Assembly (NCBI RefSeq): GCF_003018115.1
Contig: NZ_CP027457.1
DNA from: Escherichia coli
Lineage (GTDB): Bacteria > Pseudomonadota > Gammaproteobacteria > Enterobacterales > Enterobacteriaceae
Reading direction: 5' to 3' (one strand)
Length of the DNA stretch: 64,000 nt
The notes beneath the pieces are model-generated. The model saw nothing but the letters and a program-made list of their open reading frames with translations. It was not told where the DNA came from and searched no databases. Each line of letters starts with the position of its first letter. The stretch's first letter is position 1. A program made the position numbers and the translations under genes. Below, in pieces: positions 49,866 through 57,641 of the stretch.

Positions 49866-50519
49866 ATGAAAAAGTTAACAGTGGCGGCTTTGGCAGTAAC
49901 AACTCTTCTCTCTGGCAGTGCCTATGCGCATGAAGCAGGCGAATTTTTTATGCGTGCAGGTTCTGCAACCGTACGTCCAACAGAAGGTGCTGGTGGTACG
50001 TTAGGAAGTCTGGGTGGATTCAGCGTGACCAATAACACTCAACTGGGCCTGACGTTTACTTATATGGCGACCGACAACATTGGTGTGGAATTACTGGCAG
50101 CGACGCCGTTCCGCCATAAAATCGGCACCCGGGCGACCGGCGATATTGCAACCGTTCATCATCTGCCGCCAACACTGATGGCGCAGTGGTATTTTGGTGA
50201 TGCCAGCAGCAAATTCCGTCCTTATGTTGGGGCAGGTATTAACTACACCACCTTCTTTGATAATGGATTTAACGATCATGGCAAAGAGGCGGGGCTTTCC
50301 GATCTCAGTCTGAAAGATTCCTGGGGAGCTGCCGGGCAGGTGGGGGTTGATTATCTGATTAACCGTGACTGGTTGGTTAACATGTCAGTGTGGTACATGG
50401 ATATCGATACCACGGCTAAGTATAAATCTGATGGTCGTAAACTGGCTAAAGGCAGTTATAGCGACAATGTACGCCTTGATCCGTGGGTGTTTATGTTCTC
50501 TGCAGGGTACCGTTTTTAA
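49866..50519 (+). CDS. ompW: outer membrane protein W
   Basis: 217-aa ORF with signal peptide MKKLTVAALAVTTLLSGSAYA and C-terminal aromatic beta-barrel signature (SAGYRF). Confidence 0.93.
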   Translation: MKKLTVAALAVTTLLSGSAYAHEAGEFFMRAGSATVRPTEGAGGTLGSLGGFSVTNNTQLGLTFTYMATDNIGVELLAATPFRHKIGTRATGDIATVHHLPPTLMAQWYFGDASSKFRPYVGAGINYTTFFDNGFNDHGKEAGLSDLSLKDSWGAAGQVGVDYLINRDWLVNMSVWYMDIDTTAKYKSDGRKLAKGSYSDNVRLDPWVFMFSAGYRF

Positions 50520-50524
50520 TTTGC

Positions 50525-50558
50525 TCTGCAAAACCTCTGCAAAACTCTTCTGCAAAAC
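50525..50558 (+). repeat. three direct repeats of tctgcaaaac immediately after the ompW stop (putative attL / integrase-binding region)
   Basis: tctgcaaaac at 50525, 50536 and 50549, followed by ctggtca..tgaccag hairpin plus T-run overlapping the int stop. Confidence 0.5.
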
Positions 50559-50564
50559 TGGTCA

Positions 50565-51695
50565 TCAAATGACCAGTTTTTTCCATTCCTTACCGCGTGC
50601 GTCGTTGTAAATATCGGTCATTTTTTGATTCGAATGGCCCAGCAAAATTTTGGTATCAATTCCCTGTTCTCTGAACAATCGTTCTGATAAAGATCTCTGC
50701 TCATGGAAAGAGGGTGGGGTGCCATTAGCACGCCAGTTGTAATCCACAGAATCCCGGGCTTTTTTAAATGCAACGGTTAACGTTGCTGGCTTAACCATCC
50801 CGCCGCGCTTAGCTGTCCCTTTAGCATGATGGTGGTGCAATAGCCACGGACTAAGAACGCAATCGCGACAGGATGACACCACATCATCCAGGGTGAGATT
50901 TAATTTATCGCAACGCAGAGCCAGAGGGATGGCAATCCGGGTTCCTGTTTTTTGCTGTTCGACATGAAGATAACCATCCCTGATATCCGAAAATTTCATT
51001 TTGCAAATATCTGAAAGGCGCTGGCCTGTCATCAGTGCCAGCAGCATACCACGCTGTAAAAAGTAACCATCCTTTTCCGCTGCATTATAAATCATCATCC
51101 ACTCATCAAAGGTCAGTCGTTGCCGTGATATCCGTACCTGTGGTTTTTTTGCCGATTCTGCAGGGTTAAAGCCTGGCGGGACATCGCCCGTTTGCTGGGC
51201 CTCCCGGAAAACATCAATCAGTACTTTCCTGAAAATTTGTCCCATTCTGTTATGTCCTTTTGCCTTGTAATCTTCCAGCACCGATACCACATCTTTTACG
51301 GTTATGGCATCTAAAGGTCTGGTACCAAAACGTTCATCAAATACCCTGAGAGGGGATGCTTTCTGTTTCAGTGTGTTGAGTTTGATCTCTCCGTTTTCAT
51401 ATCTTTCCTGTTGAATTTTTCGGTAACTATTCAGAAAAACCGAAACGGTTGATGAACCACCGGTATCACGAATAATTTTCTCCTGCAGAGTGAGCATTTG
51501 TTCCATTTGTTGCCTGGCAAGACGGCTGTTCGCTTCTGCTGCAATAGCTTCTGCCTGTTTCTGGTCAATACTGCCGAGCCCGTGATTTTTTCCTGTTATG
51601 GGATGCCTGTAACGCCAGTAAACTTTGTTATTTCTTTTGTCAAAATACGGAGATAATCCCGGAACTTCAGTTTTATATTTTCGTGGGCGCGCCAT
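50565..51695 (-). CDS. int: phage integrase (tyrosine recombinase, lambda Int-like)
   Basis: 376-aa ORF; N-terminal arm-binding-like region, C-terminal catalytic region with R...HxxR...Y pattern (HEQRSLSERL...LGHSNQKMTDIY). Confidence 0.9.
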   Translation of the reverse strand: MARPRKYKTEVPGLSPYFDKRNNKVYWRYRHPITGKNHGLGSIDQKQAEAIAAEANSRLARQQMEQMLTLQEKIIRDTGGSSTVSVFLNSYRKIQQERYENGEIKLNTLKQKASPLRVFDERFGTRPLDAITVKDVVSVLEDYKAKGHNRMGQIFRKVLIDVFREAQQTGDVPPGFNPAESAKKPQVRISRQRLTFDEWMMIYNAAEKDGYFLQRGMLLALMTGQRLSDICKMKFSDIRDGYLHVEQQKTGTRIAIPLALRCDKLNLTLDDVVSSCRDCVLSPWLLHHHHAKGTAKRGGMVKPATLTVAFKKARDSVDYNWRANGTPPSFHEQRSLSERLFREQGIDTKILLGHSNQKMTDIYNDARGKEWKKLVI

Positions 51696-51921
51696 CTTCC
51701 AGTATCCTCTTCAAAGCAGGGTGATCTGTGGCGATCACTTCCGGCTTGTTTACCATTCCGACAAAGCGAGCTCGAGGATCCACTCGCCAGTGTCTTCCAA
51801 CTTTTTTGGGGAGAGGAAATATCATTCCGGCTTTAGCGTATTTACTTAACGTGCCCGGAGTCGGGACCGGGTCACTGAATTCCTCTTTTGCCCACTCAGT
51901 GAGAAGAATAAGTCTTGCCAT
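51673..51921 (-). CDS. xis: excisionase (Xis-like)
   Basis: 82-aa ORF overlapping int start by 23 nt; lambda-Xis-like winged helix (EWAKEE...IFPLPKKVGRHWRV). Confidence 0.8.
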   Translation of the reverse strand: MARLILLTEWAKEEFSDPVPTPGTLSKYAKAGMIFPLPKKVGRHWRVDPRARFVGMVNKPEVIATDHPALKRILEDGAPTKI

Positions 51922-51985
51922 GAGAGTTGTTCGCTAATCATGGTCGCCGCCACTATAGCTTGCGGGCGACGACCGGGGTTGAACA

Positions 51986-54457
51986 TTAAAAATCAGCCTG
52001 ACTCGGGATCAGTTTTTGCCAGATGGCTGAAACGTATTTTGCCTGGTAACGCGCATCGTGCAGCGCGTTATGGCGTTCACCTTCGAATGGAATAGTCGTT
52101 CTTGCGTCGAAATCCATCACCAGTCCCAGAGCAACCATCGTTCTTACATCGCGATCATTGGTGTAACGCCACGGGCAGGGGATCCCCTGCCGTTCATATG
52201 AACGGCGTAAAATCACGTTGTCGAAAGTTGCACCGTTACCCCAGACCTGAACAAAAAATTCACCGGAGTTTTCGTCGATAAATTCCCGGAATTGCAGCAG
52301 TGCATCATCCAACGGGATTTCATCGGTCAGAATGGCGGATTGTGCTTCGCGTGACTGTTTCAGCCACCACTTAATGGTGCCCCGATCGATGACCCCGCCT
52401 GCGGTTTCCAGATCGATAGTTTTGCTGAATTCTGGCCCCATCTCTCCGGTTGCCGGATCAAAAAACTTACCGGCTATAGCGTTTATTGGCGCATCAGGAT
52501 TTTTTCCCATTGTTTCAAGGTCAATCATCAGATGGTGCCACAACCTGCTGGTGGATGTGATTTCATGATGACCGTTCACTTTAATTAAGGGATTTGCTGT
52601 CTCGCCAGTTTTATTATCGCTGGCGTGATACTGATCGCTGATAGTGTTCTCCTTGTGCAGATGTTCAGTGCCTTCCATTTCCTCCGGATCATTTTCCTGA
52701 GCTTCAGCCTGATTCTCTTCATCGAATGTTTCCTGGTAGGTTGCGTTCCCCATCACCGCACCACAGTCAGGACAGTTGCCGCCACCGGTCTGACCGCATG
52801 CGGTGCAAACTTTTTCCGGTTCTTGTTGCACTTCTGGTTCAGGCAGTTTCGTTTCTGGCTCGTTTTGTAACGCATTTGGACTGTTTTGTTCCGCTTTCTG
52901 GTCGTTTTGTTCCGATTCGGGCTGGTTCTGGTTCACAGAATCGCGGGTTTCAATCCCCTTAACCCATTTCGGATCATTCGGGTCGCTAATCCCTTCAACA
53001 AATTCACCACGTGATGCAGCAAGCAATTTATCGGTGTCAGGCTGGCTGATATTGGCTGCCTGCATAATTTTGTTTACTTCGTCAGCGGTAACTTTTACCG
53101 GCTCTGGTTGTTCTGAATCTTCTGCGGTATCTGTATTTTGCTGTAAGCCCGTATATGTGCCATTTTTTCGGGCAAAATATTCTTCTTTTGAGATTTCGGT
53201 ACCACCGGCAGCCAGCGCCTTGTCCAGGCCAGAAAGTTTGTTTGCCCTGCCGTATTTTTCCCCGTCCTTATCGGTAAAGACGAAATAAAACGGTCCTTCA
53301 CGCTCTACAGATGGTTCAGCTTCCACCAGGATTTCATTTTTTTGAGAATTGGATTCCGCCGTCTCCACTGGATCAGTTTGTGCTGCTGACGACAGGATAG
53401 CATCAGCAGAGCTCTGGTCTGTTTCTTCATGTTCAAACACGCCCTTTGTCGTCAGGTATTCGCTGATGTATTTGTTCAGTGCAACGGGATCTTTGTGAAT
53501 GTCGATCGGGCGCTCACGAACAAGGCCAAAAATAGTCTGACGGTCATAGCGAAGCGCATCAGGCTGTTTGCGCATTGATGCAGAGATACGCTTCCAGTCT
53601 TCGCGATCCTTGTCGATAACCTCATTTTTAGCCCAGCGATGGATGGTACCGTCAATGTTTCCGGCATCAATATCACCAGGCCAGAGAGCGTAAGCCAGCT
53701 CTTCATCCAGGGTTTTCCATGTCTGCTTGTATTCGCGACGAATGGCAGTAGTGACAGGGTTGATTTTTGCTGCTGAGTTTTCAGTGTGCTGTTGGTTGAC
53801 TCTGGCGCGGGCCAGCTCAACAACAGAAGTATGTTTCCCGGTTTCTTTTCGTTCTGCTTCGCGACGTTTTTTCCAGGTGCGCATCTCTGCCTGAATTTCT
53901 GGCCATTTGGCACCAGGCTTACATTTATGCTTAACCCACCCGATGGCATACAGCTTAAGCTCCGGATACATGGCGTTAACTTCTGGCATTTTCATCAAAG
54001 CTTCCACGATATGTCCGTCGAAGGTTGCCATGTCTTCCTGCAACAATTCCTGTGCGCTAATCACCATATCAACGGTGATGTTTTCACATGTATCGAACTT
54101 AACCATGACAGCGTTCTGTACTTCAGGGGCCAGCTTGTCAAAAGTGACGTTCATCGGATCTGATTCAGGTTCGACCGGGACAAAGGAAGCAGACGCCTCA
54201 TCCCAGCGGTTTTCCAGCATATATTCAGCATCCCAGGAGTCGAGGGCTGGGCGGGGTGTACCGGGTTTATCCTCACAGACAAGAAATTTATAAGCGCAGT
54301 CCTGAGCAGCCGGATAATGTTCAAGGAATTGCCAGTGAAATTTTGCGCGGGCGCGACGTTCATCACCGGCTTCAATGGCTGTGGCCACAGCAACAGCGCC
54401 CTCGTTTTTTATTGCCTGTTCGTCAGGAATGGCGGCGCAAATAAATATTTTACTCAT
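51986..54457 (-). CDS. large phage protein with C-terminal DEDDh (DnaQ-like) 3'-5' exonuclease domain and CxxC-x10-CxxC zinc ribbon
   Basis: 823-aa ORF; Exo I MIDLETMG, Exo II NGATFDNVIL, Exo III HNALHDARY at C-terminus; central acidic low-complexity region; CTACGQTGGGNCPDCG. Confidence 0.8.
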   Translation of the reverse strand: MSKIFICAAIPDEQAIKNEGAVAVATAIEAGDERRARAKFHWQFLEHYPAAQDCAYKFLVCEDKPGTPRPALDSWDAEYMLENRWDEASASFVPVEPESDPMNVTFDKLAPEVQNAVMVKFDTCENITVDMVISAQELLQEDMATFDGHIVEALMKMPEVNAMYPELKLYAIGWVKHKCKPGAKWPEIQAEMRTWKKRREAERKETGKHTSVVELARARVNQQHTENSAAKINPVTTAIRREYKQTWKTLDEELAYALWPGDIDAGNIDGTIHRWAKNEVIDKDREDWKRISASMRKQPDALRYDRQTIFGLVRERPIDIHKDPVALNKYISEYLTTKGVFEHEETDQSSADAILSSAAQTDPVETAESNSQKNEILVEAEPSVEREGPFYFVFTDKDGEKYGRANKLSGLDKALAAGGTEISKEEYFARKNGTYTGLQQNTDTAEDSEQPEPVKVTADEVNKIMQAANISQPDTDKLLAASRGEFVEGISDPNDPKWVKGIETRDSVNQNQPESEQNDQKAEQNSPNALQNEPETKLPEPEVQQEPEKVCTACGQTGGGNCPDCGAVMGNATYQETFDEENQAEAQENDPEEMEGTEHLHKENTISDQYHASDNKTGETANPLIKVNGHHEITSTSRLWHHLMIDLETMGKNPDAPINAIAGKFFDPATGEMGPEFSKTIDLETAGGVIDRGTIKWWLKQSREAQSAILTDEIPLDDALLQFREFIDENSGEFFVQVWGNGATFDNVILRRSYERQGIPCPWRYTNDRDVRTMVALGLVMDFDARTTIPFEGERHNALHDARYQAKYVSAIWQKLIPSQADF

Positions 54458-54552
54458 TGTGTTTAAACCTCATTACAGATTTCAGGGTGAACGAATCCCT
54501 GCCATTGCTGGCATTTTTAATCCGTTGGTATGGCGTTAATATGGCTGGCGGG

Positions 54553-54741
54553 TTATCCAGCCGGTATTTCGTTATTCAGGTACAGCGATACTTTGTTTAA
54601 CGGGAGACATTCACCGGAAATTTTTTGCTCGTCTCTTGCCTGATGGCAGGATTCTTTACTGGCATAAATTCCGGTAATCACTTTCTGTGGCTCACCTGTT
54701 ATCAGAAAAACCGTCATCATCAGTGTAAACGCTGAACTCAC
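54553..54741 (-). CDS. hypothetical small protein with N-terminal signal-like hydrophobic segment
   Basis: 62-aa ORF MSSAFTLMMTVFLITG...; start overlaps upstream ORF stop (ATGA). Confidence 0.45.
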   Translation of the reverse strand: MSSAFTLMMTVFLITGEPQKVITGIYASKESCHQARDEQKISGECLPLNKVSLYLNNEIPAG

Positions 54742-54926
54742 TGCTGCCCTCCGAAAATGCCAAGTTCAAGAAGGGCAATTCTGGAGAGTATGGAATTATC
54801 ATTGAGAAGATAAGGCTCATATTTTCTCATCCTGATGGCGTCCTCAGTAAACTCCCGGTTACTGAGCAGAATACCAATATTAAAACACCCTTCAGACGTA
54901 TTAACGTTTGGTAGTGACGTTTCCAT
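54738..54926 (-). CDS. hypothetical small phage protein
   Basis: 62-aa ORF translationally coupled to 54553..54741. Confidence 0.4.
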   Translation of the reverse strand: METSLPNVNTSEGCFNIGILLSNREFTEDAIRMRKYEPYLLNDNSILSRIALLELGIFGGQQ

Positions 54927-55101
54927 TATCGCGTCCTCAACAATGAATTTTGTGATGTGGTGCCTGGTGCCTCCAGGTGACGTTAACCAGTTAACAATTA
55001 ACGCCGGATTGTTAGTTGATGTCTGTTACGCCAGTAAAAGACCGCTTGTTTTAACTGTTCCGCGTGCGCTTAGCCGCATTCACCGCATCACAAAATACAC
55101 T

Positions 55102-55131
55102 TTAAAAATGGCGGATATCCATTTCCGCCGA
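55102..55131 (-). terminator. putative leftward-strand terminator within prophage early-left region
   Basis: ggcgga..tccgcc / aaatgg..ccattt inverted repeats with adjacent A-run on plus (T-run on minus). Confidence 0.4.
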
Positions 55132-55475
55132 ATCACCAGAAAAGTGATAACAGAGGTTGTTGTGGCGGTGTTGTCACTCAGGCGCATGGTCAACCTGACA
55201 ACCCGGTGCATTTTCTGGAGCAATGGAGGAAGCCCCAGCCATACTTACCGCCGCGCCATTTCGCGGATTGCCACAACCGGAAGCGCACGATCGAATTAAA
55301 TTTAACGACAAGCCTTATATTCTCGCCGTGCGCTTTCGTGTTATGCCCTGACTTTTCAGGGATATGTTCTTTCAGCAAACTGTCAGTGCCGGATTCTTAT
55401 CCGTGTCCGGCGCACGACCACACGTGACAGCGTGTTGGTCTCCATTTTTAACCCAGAACCTCTATGGAGGATAAA

Positions 55476-55778
55476 ATGCACTCTAAATCAAATCGATATT
55501 ATGTTCATGTGCAGTTATTTGAAGCAACAATGGAACAGGAGAAAAAGTTCGAGACTCTGATGCCAAATTTTAAATACTCCAGGATGATTAATGAAGGTGA
55601 CGTTGAATATAAATTGTTGCCAGGGGCATACGTTATTCAGTCAACGCTCAATTCGAATCAAATACTTGAACAAACCTTTTCTGTTGCTAATTCAGTTGGT
55701 GTTAATGCTCACATTTTTGTTTGCCCTTATGATGAAAGTGCAACCCTTTTGCCTTGTGCTGATTTTGGCACTTACTAA
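55476..55778 (+). CDS. hypothetical AT-rich accessory (moron-like) protein
   Basis: ORF 55464..55778; second ATG at 55476 has strong SD (tggaggataaaATG); 100 aa; opposite orientation to the surrounding leftward operon. Confidence 0.55.
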   Translation: MHSKSNRYYVHVQLFEATMEQEKKFETLMPNFKYSRMINEGDVEYKLLPGAYVIQSTLNSNQILEQTFSVANSVGVNAHIFVCPYDESATLLPCADFGTY

Positions 55779-56082
55779 CTAAATTTAATTTATGTTCAAG
55801 TTCGGCTATTTGCATACGTAGTGCTTTAACCATTGTTTCATGATAAATCTCACTCACTCCACCTGGGTGTGGGGTGAATTTAGGTGAATAATCTTTGTTT
55901 TCAGAACTCAGCTTCTCTTCGTACAGCTTGATAAAGGCATTACGCACATTATGGGATATATTGTCGATGGTTTCTTTTTCTACGGTACTCAGGTCAAGAG
56001 TCGCCAGTTGAGAACGAACTATATTCGCTGCCATATCCTGGAATGGTACTGGTAAATCTTTAAATTCCATCGTCAACCTCAT
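55702..56082 (-). CDS. hypothetical phage early-left protein
   Basis: 126-aa ORF whose ATG overlaps stop of the YdaF-like gene; 3' end overlaps the convergent plus-strand ORF by 77 nt. Confidence 0.5.
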   Translation of the reverse strand: MRLTMEFKDLPVPFQDMAANIVRSQLATLDLSTVEKETIDNISHNVRNAFIKLYEEKLSSENKDYSPKFTPHPGGVSEIYHETMVKALRMQIAELEHKLNLVSKCQNQHKAKGLHFHHKGKQKCEH

Positions 56083-56237
56083 CAGTCAGTGTTTCTGGCT
56101 AACCAGCGATGCGCGCCAGCTTCAGTTTTAAACGTTTTGCTTCTGGTATACGTCATCGCGGTAAACGTGCCGTCCTGGTTAGGGAACACACCGCATACCA
56201 GAGATTCGTTGTTGCCAAGATTGAGTGTATCCATGTT
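56082..56237 (-). CDS. YdaF-like small phage protein (first gene of leftward operon)
   Basis: C-terminal 51 aa of ORF 56082..56390 (MDTLNLGNNESLVCGVFPNQDGTFTAMTYTRSKTFKTEAGAHRWLARNTD) recalled as Rac YdaF-like; the upstream part of the ORF overlaps the predicted OL/pL. Confidence 0.5.
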   Translation of the reverse strand, partial: NMDTLNLGNNESLVCGVFPNQDGTFTAMTYTRSKTFKTEAGAHRWLARNTD

Positions 56238-56349
56238 GACCTCATTTGCCCTTAACGCCGGGTAGCGGAACTGTTTGCTGAGAACACCGTGCGGTGTCTT
56301 GATGGATTGTAATTTAGTTTTCTCATGGTGCTTGGTCAAGTGTTTTTGA

Positions 56350-56363
56350 TGAGAAAACTCAAC
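56350..56363. promoter_or_regulatory. putative left operator (OL), gagaaaactcaa motif
   Basis: same 12-nt motif as in the repressor–cro intergenic operator, located just downstream of the repressor gene. Confidence 0.45.
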
Positions 56364-56423
56364 ATTTAATGCAAAACAAAGCCAATACATTGAAATGTAA
56401 GGCTTTAAATTTTGTGAAGGGGG

Positions 56424-56831
56424 TTATTGATGTTTGTTACGTTTGCGAGCTTCTAGTAGCTCGGTGAATAGGCGATTAAAATTCTCAACGCGGGCACGGA
56501 GTTCGCTGATCTGTGCTTGCTGCTCTGATTTTGGAAGTGCGCGATACAATCGCAACATCTCCGACTCATCTTCCGATAAGTCTAAGGCGCTGTTGAGTGC
56601 AACTGGTGGATCTGGTGTTTTATCCTCGTCACCAAACAGTATCCAAGTTGGTGAACATTGCAATACCTCAGCCAGGCGATGCAAATTTTGCCCGCGCGGG
56701 GCTGTATGGTCGCTTTCCCATAGTGAAATTGATGAGCCAGATACACCAGCAGCTTTGCTTAAATCGTTTTGACTTAAACCAACCTGTTTGCGTCTTTCTC
56801 TAATTCGTTGACCTAAAGTTTTCTCGTTCAT
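56424..56831 (-). CDS. DicA-like HTH (XRE family) prophage repressor
   Basis: 135-aa ORF; HTH LSQNDLSKAAGVSGSSISLWE; strong resemblance to DicA incl. VLQCSPTWILFGDEDK and C-terminal RARVENFNRLFTELLEARKR. Confidence 0.88.
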   Translation of the reverse strand: MNEKTLGQRIRERRKQVGLSQNDLSKAAGVSGSSISLWESDHTAPRGQNLHRLAEVLQCSPTWILFGDEDKTPDPPVALNSALDLSEDESEMLRLYRALPKSEQQAQISELRARVENFNRLFTELLEARKRNKHQ

Positions 56832-56849
56832 ATTTAGATATCTTAATAA

Positions 56850-56900
56850 CCCTTGACTTGAGATTCCTTGAGTGATTACTATTGAGAAAACTCAAGCCTG
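56850..56900. promoter_or_regulatory. divergent immunity promoter/operator region (OR)
   Basis: TTGACT -35-like element, cttgag repeats and palindrome ttgag-aaaa-ctcaa (56883..56896) between repressor and cro-like gene. Confidence 0.55.
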
Positions 56901-56908
56901 GAGGGGTG

Positions 56909-57136
56909 ATGTTTAAATCAGACGTAATTAATTTTTATGGGACGAAAGCCAAAGTAGCGAAAGCTGCTGGTGTTGATCCATCTGCTGTTTCTCAATGGGG
57001 GAAACTGGTCCCTGAAGGTCGCGCGATGCGCCTGCAAGAGGCATCCGGCGGGGAGCTTCAGTATGACCCCAAAGTTTATGACGAATATCGTAAGACGAAG
57101 CGGGCGGGGCGGTTGAACAATGAAAATCACCCTTGA
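56909..57136 (+). CDS. Cro/DicC-like regulator
   Basis: ORF 56882..57136, likely starting at MFKSDVINFYG; divergent from repressor; DicC-like (YGTKAKVAKAAGV...VPEGRAMRLQEASGGELQYDPKVYDEY). Confidence 0.75.
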   Translation: MFKSDVINFYGTKAKVAKAAGVDPSAVSQWGKLVPEGRAMRLQEASGGELQYDPKVYDEYRKTKRAGRLNNENHP

Positions 57137-57641
57137 GCAGGCACGCGATGCCCTGGATGCCTGGATAAGCCGACCAGGAATGACGCAGGAGCAGGCGACG
57201 ATATTAATTACTGAAGCCTTCTGGGCTCTACAGGAACGCCCGAACATCGATGTTCAGCGTGTCACGCTTGATGATGGCGGGGTTGATCAGCGTGCGCTTG
57301 GCGTTAACCGGGTGAAGATATTCGAACGCTGGAAGGCTATCGACACCAGGGATAAGCGTGAAAAATTCACGGCGCTGATTCCGGCAATTATGGAGGCTAT
57401 CCGGATTAGTGATTTCAGGTTGTACCGCGAAATTACTGACGGAAAAAGCATTACGTACATGATTGCCGGGTTAAACAAAGAATATGGCGATGTGGTGGAG
57501 TCCGGGCTGCTTTTTGCAGATCCAGCTGTTGTGGAACGTGAGACAGACGAGCTTATAGAAAAAGCAATCGCTTTCAAGCGTGCCTATCGTCACCAGTACC
57601 AACAAAAAGCCGGATGGAATTATGAGCCTTCTTTTTGCTGA
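57120..57641 (+). CDS. YdaT-like protein (cII-position, Rac YdaT family)
   Basis: 173-aa ORF in the position of Rac ydaT; shares the ...ALIPAIMEAI... segment as recalled. Confidence 0.6.
   Translation: MKITLEQARDALDAWISRPGMTQEQATILITEAFWALQERPNIDVQRVTLDDGGVDQRALGVNRVKIFERWKAIDTRDKREKFTALIPAIMEAIRISDFRLYREITDGKSITYMIAGLNKEYGDVVESGLLFADPAVVERETDELIEKAIAFKRAYRHQYQQKAGWNYEPSFC

Noticed and set aside
52332-54444. Multiple plus-strand ORFs inside the 823-aa exonuclease gene
   Set aside because: All are embedded antisense frames of a single long minus-strand ORF with clear catalytic motifs; Ser/Phe/Cys-rich translations typical of antisense reading.
54835-55427. ORFs 54835..55299 (+), 55190..55378 (-), 55206..55427 (+) in the prophage non-coding stretch
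   Set aside because: Overlap predicted hairpins/terminator, lack RBS, translations Arg/Ser-rich without motifs; region treated as regulatory/non-coding, though a small RNA cannot be excluded.
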